Below are positions 36,360 through 42,406 of a stretch of DNA of 42,406 nt, piece after piece. A program made the position numbers and the translations under genes. The DNA is taken from assembly GCA_964594125.1 (NCBI GenBank), contig CAZQLL010000032.1, positions 1 to 42,406 on the forward strand, given 5' to 3'. The stretch comes from an uncultured Thermoanaerobaculia bacterium (GTDB taxonomy: Bacteria > Acidobacteriota > Thermoanaerobaculia > Thermoanaerobaculales > Thermoanaerobaculaceae). The notes under the pieces are model-generated. The model saw only the letters and a list, made by a program, of their open reading frames with translations, searched no databases and was not told the origin of the DNA. Numbering within the stretch: the stretch's first letter is position 1; the number at the start of each line of letters is the position of its first letter.

Positions 36360-37718
36360 TCACCGCGGCTCGTTCGCGAGCAGCCAGACGAGACCGGCGA
36401 CCACCGCCGTGCCCTCGCGCAGCAGCGCCGGGTCGACCTTGTCGAGGGTGTCGGCGCGGGTGTGGTGGATGTCGAAGTACGCCTCGAGGTCGGGGCGCAG
36501 ACCGACGCACAGGACGCCGCGGCGCTCGAGCGGCGAGATATCGGCGCCGCTGCCGCCACCGGCGAGCGGCAGCCCGGTGTGGAGCGCGAGCCGCCGCAGC
36601 CAGGCGAGGTCGTGCTCCGACCCGGTCGCCGACCAGGTGAGCGGCCGGCCGGACCCGAGGTCGGTCTCGAGCGCGGCGACGTGGCACTCGGCGGCGTGCG
36701 TCGCGTCGTAGGCGAGACCGCCGCGCAGGCCGTTCTCCTCGTTGGCGAACAGCACGGCGCGAATCGTGCGCCGCGGCTTCAGGCCGAGGGCGCGGATCAG
36801 CCGCATCGTCTCGATGGTGTGGACGATGCCGGCGCCGTCGTCCTGTGCGCCCTGGCCGACGTCCCACGAGTCGAGGTGCCCGCCGACCACGACGATCTCC
36901 TCGGGGTGCTCGCTGCCGACGATCTCGCCGACGACGTTGTGCCCGGGGGCGTCCGGCAGCGTCTGCGCGCCCATCTCGAGGCGCGCGCGCAGCGGCACGC
37001 CGCGGGCGGCGAGGCGGTCGAGCCAGTCCGCGTCCTCGGCGGCGACCGCGGCAGCGGGCACGCGCGGCGCCAGCTCGTCGTAGGAGAGCGAGCCGGTGTG
37101 CGGCGTGTACAGCGAGCGCACGGTGATCGAGCGCACCAGCGCTGCGACGGCACCGAGCGCGGCGGCACGCGAGGGGCCAGCCGCGCGGTAGCGGGCGGTC
37201 CTGCCGTAGTGGGCGCCGGCCGTGTCGCCGGGAGCGGGCGGCACGCAGAACAGCACGATGGTGCCGGCGACGGCGGGCGAAAGCTCGTCGAACGAGTGCA
37301 CGACGGTGACCGGCGCCTCGATCCCTGGCGTGCCGACCGAGCCTCCGAGGCCGAGCATTGCGAGCGGTCGGCGCACCGGCGCGAGCAGCTCGAGACGCTC
37401 CTCGCCGCGCACCCAGTGCGGCACGGGAACCGGCTCGACGCGCACGTTCTCGTGGCCGTCCTCGCGCAGCACGCGCTCGCCCCAGGCAACCGCGCGCTCG
37501 AACTCCGGCGACCCGCACAGGCGCGCGCCGATGTCGTCGGAGAGCTCGGCCAGGCGCGGCATGGCGAGCGTATCGGTGCGGGCTGCCGCCATCAGCTCCG
37601 CGAGTCCGGCCGGCGGGGCCGGGGCCTCCTGCGCGCCCGCCGCCGCGGCGGCGGCGAGCGCCGCCGCGGCCAGGCGGGCGGCGCGCCGCGGCGCATGCGG
37701 GTGCAGACCCGTGCTCAT
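36360..37718 (-). CDS. M28-family secreted zinc aminopeptidase
   Basis: GHLDSWDVGQGAQDDGAGI; NEENGLRGG; HTRADT. Signal peptide after MSTGLHPHAPRRAARLAAAALAAAAAAGA. ATG at 37718; the track is over-extended to 38057. Confidence 0.8.
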   Translation of the reverse strand: MSTGLHPHAPRRAARLAAAALAAAAAAGAQEAPAPPAGLAELMAAARTDTLAMPRLAELSDDIGARLCGSPEFERAVAWGERVLREDGHENVRVEPVPVPHWVRGEERLELLAPVRRPLAMLGLGGSVGTPGIEAPVTVVHSFDELSPAVAGTIVLFCVPPAPGDTAGAHYGRTARYRAAGPSRAAALGAVAALVRSITVRSLYTPHTGSLSYDELAPRVPAAAVAAEDADWLDRLAARGVPLRARLEMGAQTLPDAPGHNVVGEIVGSEHPEEIVVVGGHLDSWDVGQGAQDDGAGIVHTIETMRLIRALGLKPRRTIRAVLFANEENGLRGGLAYDATHAAECHVAALETDLGSGRPLTWSATGSEHDLAWLRRLALHTGLPLAGGGSGADISPLERRGVLCVGLRPDLEAYFDIHHTRADTLDKVDPALLREGTAVVAGLVWLLANEPR

Positions 37719-38200
37719 CCCCGGGCGATCGCCTCGAGCTGCGCGAGGTGGTTGAGATCGTGGCCGGCGAGCAGGGCGAGCATAAGCGACACCGGCTCCT
37801 CGCCGCGCTCGGGGTGGAATGCGCCGCGCGCCGTCTGCTCGGGGGTGAGCGAGCGGACGAGCTCGAGGTTCCAGGTGCGCAGCGAGCGGAACACCTCGAC
37901 CGCGAGGCTGGCGTCGATCCCCTTGTAGAGGCCGACGAACGCGTCCTGGTCGTACGGCTGCAGCGTCGGGTGCTCGGCGGTCAGCGCCAGGCGGACGCGA
38001 AACGCGAACGCCGCCTCGACGTCGACCAGGTGCGCGAGGATCTGGCGCGCGGTCCACTTGCCCTCGCCGAACGGCACGCCGAGCTTCTTGTCTTTGAGCT
38101 CCCAGTAGGCGTCCTCGAGGCGGGACGGGGTATCGGCGAGGACCTCCTCGGGCTTGCGCTCGCCGAGCAGGGCGAGGATGCGGTCGGTGTAGGCGGTCAT
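37715..38200 (-). CDS. DinB/YfiT-like (DinB_2) four-helix-bundle metal-dependent protein
   Basis: His pattern ARQILAHLVDVEAAF...LLAGHDLNHLAQL. Its stop overlaps the M28 ATG (ATGA). Confidence 0.6.
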   Translation of the reverse strand: MTAYTDRILALLGERKPEEVLADTPSRLEDAYWELKDKKLGVPFGEGKWTARQILAHLVDVEAAFAFRVRLALTAEHPTLQPYDQDAFVGLYKGIDASLAVEVFRSLRTWNLELVRSLTPEQTARGAFHPERGEEPVSLMLALLAGHDLNHLAQLEAIARG

Positions 38201-38409
38201 GAGAGACTCCCTCCGTAGCCTGCGCACGCTATCACCGCGCCGCATCGCCGACAAGAACGCGCTCCCGCCGGGATCCCGGACACGGTGCCCACGAATCCCC
38301 GCCTGCGGGCTCGCGCGGGCCGGCGGAGCGGAGAGGTGCGGGCGGCGGGTTCACTCCTCCGGGTCCTGCGGGGAGGTCGCACGGCCGTTTCTCCAGCAGC
38401 CGAAGCCAC

Positions 38410-39921
38410 TCACCCCTGCCCGGTGCCCGCGTCCCCGGGCGCAGGGTCGCGGTGGGAGGGACCGTAGGCGGCGAGGTAGGGGCGGACGTCGAGCTTGCGC
38501 GCGGTGTTGGCGCTCGACATGAAGCGGACGGTGCCGAAGATCGGCCGCTCCGGGCCCCACGGGCGGTCGTAGCGGCCGAGCGTCCAGTAGATGCCGCTGT
38601 ACGAATTGGGGTCGCGGCCGTCGAGCGCCCAGCGGTCGTTGAGGGCGATCATCGCCGCCGCGGCCTCCTGCGGCGTCGCCGACCACTCGAGGATCTTCTT
38701 CCCCCACAGCATGCGCAGGTAGTTGTGGATGCGCCCCTCGCGGCGGAGCTGCACCTGGGCGGCGTTCCACAGCGGGTCGTGGGTGGCGGCGGCGGCGAGC
38801 TGGTCCACGGTGTAGACGACCGGCCGCGGGTCGGCGGCGTGGCGCTCGAGCGTGAGCCGCGCCCACGGCGGCAGCGCCTCGAAGCGGTCGTGGTCGTCGC
38901 GCAGGTGCGCCATGTTGAAGCCGAGCTCGCGCCAGGTGACGAGCTGGTCGAGGAACGCCTCGGCGCCCTCGCCCATGCGCCACCAGCCGGCGCGCCGGCC
39001 GCCCGCCCGCCCGGTGAGGCGGTCCTCCGTCCACCCCTCGCGCGCGGCCACGGCGGCGAAGATCTGGTGCGCACCGACATGACCGAAATGAAGATACGGC
39101 GAAAGCCCGCTGGCGACCTCGTCGACGACCTCGTTGCGCCGCGCGGCGTAGGCAGCGAGCCGCTCGCCGACGAAGCGCCGCAGCGCCGCCGCACCGGCGC
39201 GGCTGCCGCCGGCACCGGGGACGGGCGGCACCTCGTGGTCGATCGGCACCCTGGCGAGCAGCGGCGGTCCGGCCGCGCGCACGTCGAGCGGCGGCCACCG
39301 TCCGGCGATCTCCTGCGGGAGCGCGGGCAGGCGCGGCGGCAGCGGGCCGGCGAGCGGCTCTTCGACCGGAACCGCGCCGAGATGGCGAGGCAACTCGTCC
39401 TGCAGGAACGAACGGAATGCGAACGCGGTCGGGAACACCCTCTCGGCGGCACGCAGCGGCAGCAGGCCGTTGCCGTCGACCGCCTCGACGCGCACCGGCA
39501 GCCGCGCCGCGGCCGCCGCGACCATGCGCGGCAGGAAGAACGAAGGGAACTCGTCGGTGACCACGAGGCAGGCGCGCTCGCCGAGCGCCTCCAGCAGGCC
39601 CTTGCCGGCGCCGCGCTCCGTCTCGACGTACGGGTAGTAGGTCGCCGCCGTCGCGGCGAACGCCGCCGCGTTGTCGACCATGCCGGCGAGAACGAAGGCG
39701 TGCAGGCGGTCACTGGCCCACGGGTAGTCGCAGCGTAGCGCCTCGAGCACCACGAGCGGCCGCCCGAGGCGCGCTGCCCACCAGGCGGCGCGCTGCAGCG
39801 CGAAGCTCGCGCGCGCCCGGCGGGCGGCGATCATCCAGTACAGGACGAACTCGCCGTCGTCGCGCAGCGGCCGCTGGTTCGCCGCCGTGACGCGGATCGC
39901 AGGGACGGCAAGGTCGACCAT
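38410..39921 (-). CDS. phr: Class II CPD deoxyribodipyrimidine photolyase
   Basis: N-terminal FVLYWM signature; FAD-binding region (HNYLRMLWGKKILEW...DPNSYSGIYWTLGRYDRPW). SD gggaga. ATG 39921. Confidence 0.85.
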   Translation of the reverse strand: MVDLAVPAIRVTAANQRPLRDDGEFVLYWMIAARRARASFALQRAAWWAARLGRPLVVLEALRCDYPWASDRLHAFVLAGMVDNAAAFAATAATYYPYVETERGAGKGLLEALGERACLVVTDEFPSFFLPRMVAAAAARLPVRVEAVDGNGLLPLRAAERVFPTAFAFRSFLQDELPRHLGAVPVEEPLAGPLPPRLPALPQEIAGRWPPLDVRAAGPPLLARVPIDHEVPPVPGAGGSRAGAAALRRFVGERLAAYAARRNEVVDEVASGLSPYLHFGHVGAHQIFAAVAAREGWTEDRLTGRAGGRRAGWWRMGEGAEAFLDQLVTWRELGFNMAHLRDDHDRFEALPPWARLTLERHAADPRPVVYTVDQLAAAATHDPLWNAAQVQLRREGRIHNYLRMLWGKKILEWSATPQEAAAAMIALNDRWALDGRDPNSYSGIYWTLGRYDRPWGPERPIFGTVRFMSSANTARKLDVRPYLAAYGPSHRDPAPGDAGTGQG

Positions 39922-39992
39922 GGTGACGCGGTCTCCCGACGAGTGCGCCCACGCGCATGGCGGGCGCCCGCAGGGCGGAGGGCGCGGTCCGG

Positions 39993-40388
39993 CTACGCCC
40001 TCACCGCAGCCAGCTCGTCGAGGGTCTTCAGCAGCAGCGCCGGGTCGACGGGCTTGTCGAGGAAGGCGTCCGGCCGGTAGTGCTTGAAGCGCTCGAGGTA
40101 GGCGTGGTAATCGGCGTTCAGCTTGTCCTGGATCCCGCTCACCACGACCACGGGCACGTCCTTGACCGCCTCCGTCTTGCGGATCTCGACCAGCGCGTTG
40201 AGGCCGCCGCGCTCCGGCATCATCAAGTCGAGAAGGACGACATCCGGCCGCCCCTTGGCGAGGAGCGCCAGGCCGTCCTTGACGCTGTTGGCGGTGCGGG
40301 CTTCCCAGCCGTGGTCGGCCAGCAACGTGGCGAGATAGGTCGTGATGTCGGGCTCGTCGTCGATGATCACCGCAACGCGCTGCGCCAT
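39993..40388 (-). CDS. Single-domain CheY-like response-regulator receiver
   Basis: DD (IIDDEPD), phospho-acceptor D in VLLDLMMP, conserved S and K (VVVSG...DKP). SD ggagga. Confidence 0.8.
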   Translation of the reverse strand: MAQRVAVIIDDEPDITTYLATLLADHGWEARTANSVKDGLALLAKGRPDVVLLDLMMPERGGLNALVEIRKTEAVKDVPVVVVSGIQDKLNADYHAYLERFKHYRPDAFLDKPVDPALLLKTLDELAAVRA

Positions 40389-40467
40389 GTTTCCTCCCCG
40401 CGTGAGTCGGCGCCATCGCAGGCGCCGCCCCTCCGACCCGTTCAGTATACGGCCACACCGGCGGCCG

Positions 40468-40473
40468 TAGAAT
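40468..40473 (+). promoter_or_regulatory. TAGAAT -10 box 8 nt upstream of the Omp85-family ATG (leaderless or short leader)
   Basis: gccgTAGAATCCaacggcATG; shares GTAGAATCC with 25080. Confidence 0.35.
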
Positions 40474-40481
40474 CCAACGGC

Positions 40482-42038
40482 ATGGTGCTGTCGGTCGCGC
40501 TGTGGGCCGCGGTCGCGGCTCTCCCGCCGGAGACCGTGGCCGTCGGCACGCCGATCGTCGCGATCACGATCCTCCGCTCGGACGTCTTCGACGTGTCGGA
40601 GCCAGGCACCTCGTCGTGGCCGTACCGCGCCGCCAACGCGCTGCACGTGGTGTCCCGGGAGTCGTTCGTGCGTTCGCTGCTGCTCTTCAGGGAGGGCGAC
40701 CCGCTCGACCCGGCGCTGCTCGCCGAGAGCGAGCGCCTGCTGCGGGCCACCGGCTTCCTGAGCCCGGTGACGATCGTCACGCGCCCGGCGCCGGGAGGCG
40801 CGGAGGTGGTGGTGCGGACGCGCGACCAATGGACGACGGAGATCGGGCTCAACCTCGGCGTCGCCGGCTCGCAGCAGAGGTACGGCGTCACCCTCACCGA
40901 GCAGAACTTCGCCGGCCGCGGCAAGCGCGTCGAGGGGGTGTGGCGCCGCGACGAAGAGCGCGAGTCGCTCACCGCGCTCTACCACGACCCCCTCGTGCTC
41001 GGCAGCCGGTGGGTGCTCGACGCCGCGTACAGCAACACCTCCGATGGCAGCGCCGAAAGGCTGCGCGTCGAGCGGCCGTTCTTCGCCGTGGCCACCCGCC
41101 GCGCCGGCGGCGGCGCGTGGGAACGGGAGTCGCTCGTCGAGTACCTGTGGGCCGGCGGCGACAAGCAGGTTGCCGGCGGCGCCGAGGTGCAGACGTTCCG
41201 CCTGTGGAGCGGGATCGGGCTGCCGACCGGCGGCCGCTCCGCGATCCGCCTCACCGCCGGGGTCTTCGGCGATCGCGCGCGGTTCGCGGGGTGGTCCTCG
41301 CTCGACGGCCGCCCGTACCCCGCGCCGGCGGACCGCGACCTGGCCGGCGTCGAGGTGGGAATCGAGCGCCACTCGGACCGCTGGGAGGTGATCGAGGGGT
41401 TCCGCGCTTGGTCGCGCCAGGAGGACGTGCCGCTCGGTCCCAACTGGCGGGTCGGCGCCGGCATCTCGCTGCCGGCGCTCGGAGGCGAGTCGGACCGGCT
41501 CATCTTCTCTTCGGAGATGGTCCTGGGGCTTCGGCGCGGCCCGCCGTACTCGTGGCTTTCGGCGGCGGCCTCCGGCCGGCTCGACCACGGCAGCGCCGCC
41601 AACGTCGTGCTCCGCGCCGAGCTCGGCACCGTTCGCACCGGCCGCCAGGGGTGGCGGGCGCGGATTGCCGCCGATCTCGGCCACGAGCTCGACGGCGAGC
41701 GCCAGCTCGCCCTCGGCGCCGACAGCGGCCTGCGCGGATGGGATCCGCTCACCTTCGACGGCACGTCGCGCGCCGTCGCCAACCTCGAGTACCGCCGCCA
41801 CCTCACCGGCGAGGTGCTGCACCTCGGGATCCTCGGCATGACGGCGTTCGCCGACGCGGGCCGAACCTGGAACCCGCGAGTGGGGGCCGACACCGGCGGC
41901 GTCCGCGTCGCTGCCGGCGCCGGCCTCGCCGCCGAACTCACACGCGCCGCGATCGTGCGCACCGTCCGCCTCGAGGTCGGCTTCGGGGACGACGGCTCCG
42001 GCCCGGTCGTCATTCTCACCGGAAGCTCCCTGTTCTAG
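40482..42038 (+). CDS. Omp85-superfamily outer-membrane beta-barrel with a single POTRA domain
   Basis: Signal peptide, one POTRA-like module (VAITILRSDVFDV...VTIVTRPAPGGAEVVVRTRD), and a C-terminal barrel ending in aromatic/hydrophobic residues (...ILTGSSLF). Confidence 0.55.
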   Translation: MVLSVALWAAVAALPPETVAVGTPIVAITILRSDVFDVSEPGTSSWPYRAANALHVVSRESFVRSLLLFREGDPLDPALLAESERLLRATGFLSPVTIVTRPAPGGAEVVVRTRDQWTTEIGLNLGVAGSQQRYGVTLTEQNFAGRGKRVEGVWRRDEERESLTALYHDPLVLGSRWVLDAAYSNTSDGSAERLRVERPFFAVATRRAGGGAWERESLVEYLWAGGDKQVAGGAEVQTFRLWSGIGLPTGGRSAIRLTAGVFGDRARFAGWSSLDGRPYPAPADRDLAGVEVGIERHSDRWEVIEGFRAWSRQEDVPLGPNWRVGAGISLPALGGESDRLIFSSEMVLGLRRGPPYSWLSAAASGRLDHGSAANVVLRAELGTVRTGRQGWRARIAADLGHELDGERQLALGADSGLRGWDPLTFDGTSRAVANLEYRRHLTGEVLHLGILGMTAFADAGRTWNPRVGADTGGVRVAAGAGLAAELTRAAIVRTVRLEVGFGDDGSGPVVILTGSSLF

Positions 42039-42339
42039 GCGACAGGCGCGAGGTACGCGGCGCGCGCCGGGAGCACCGGGCAGGAGCATCGCTTCGCCGG
42101 TGCGGCGGGTCGCCACGCGGTCGCCGTCCCCGCGCCCCGTGGCGATACGGTTACACCGCCGCCTCTTGAGATACTCCTGCTCAGTCGTTGGGGGGACATT
42201 GACACGTGACCTCGGCGTGTGGATGCTACCTGTGAGGTCGAGGAGCGCCGCAACAGGACGAACCTCAGGGAAGGAGCGGAACGGGAGAAGAAGGAACTCA
42301 GAGCTGCCTTTCTAAAGGAACTTGCGAAGGAGGGGAACC

Positions 42340-42406
42340 ATGAGGAGCATCCGCAACTGGCTGCCGGTGCTGGCGGTCGTGCTCGTCGCTGCGGTGGCGA
42401 GCGGAC
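42340..42406 (+). CDS. 5' end of a secreted or membrane protein, truncated by the window edge
   Basis: SD ggaggg before the ATG; MRSIRNWLPVLAVVLVAAVASG looks like a signal peptide. Confidence 0.35.
   Translation, partial: MRSIRNWLPVLAVVLVAAVASG

Overview
This window is a high-GC (about 70%), densely coding bacterial chromosomal segment. The organism appears to be Gram-negative, based on outer-membrane beta-barrels, an Omp85-family protein, a flotillin/NfeD pair and multihaem cytochromes; the taxon cannot be determined from sequence alone.

The six-frame track is dominated by long, arginine-rich spurious ORFs typical of GC-rich DNA. Real genes were picked by motifs, signal peptides, ribosome-binding sites, coupling overlaps such as ATGA and GTGA, and composition. 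Start codons include GTG and TTG.

Left to right, the main contents are:
- a cyclophilin PPIase
- a convergent pair of paralogous AAA+ DUF4143 ATPases, each behind an AT-rich sigma70-like leaderless promoter
- a XerC-like recombinase and a PHP phosphoesterase
- cysK with a cysteine-free Rrf2 (CymR-like) regulator
- an MtrC/MtrA/MtrB-like porin-cytochrome extracellular electron transfer operon (two decahaem cytochromes plus a 645-aa barrel) ending in a clear intrinsic terminator
- an HDAC (AcuC-like) deacetylase fused to a probable GNAT domain
- two paralogous secreted beta-rich proteins, one followed by a zinc-ribbon mini-protein and the HDAC-GNAT, the other by a CX5R phosphatase
- flotillin and NfeD
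- two GT39/ArnT-like glycosyltransferases, a BON-LysM protein and a large secreted hypothetical
- tandem glgC and glgD-like ADP-glucose pyrophosphorylase genes
- a lower-GC, apparently horizontally acquired two-gene cassette (a secreted Cys/Trp-rich mini-protein plus a secreted 286-aa protein) bracketed by a degenerate duplicate of the glgD 5' end
- a vapBC toxin-antitoxin pair followed 4 nt later by an alkyltransferase-like (ATL) gene
- a MobB-MobA fusion, a tandem PH-like membrane protein, a SAM methyltransferase, DUF2461, an M28 peptidase with a DinB-like gene, a class II CPD photolyase behind a CheY-like receiver, and an Omp85-family barrel.

Several intergenic leaders carry period-7 tandem heptanucleotide arrays. 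No rRNA, tRNA, CRISPR array or transposase was recognised.
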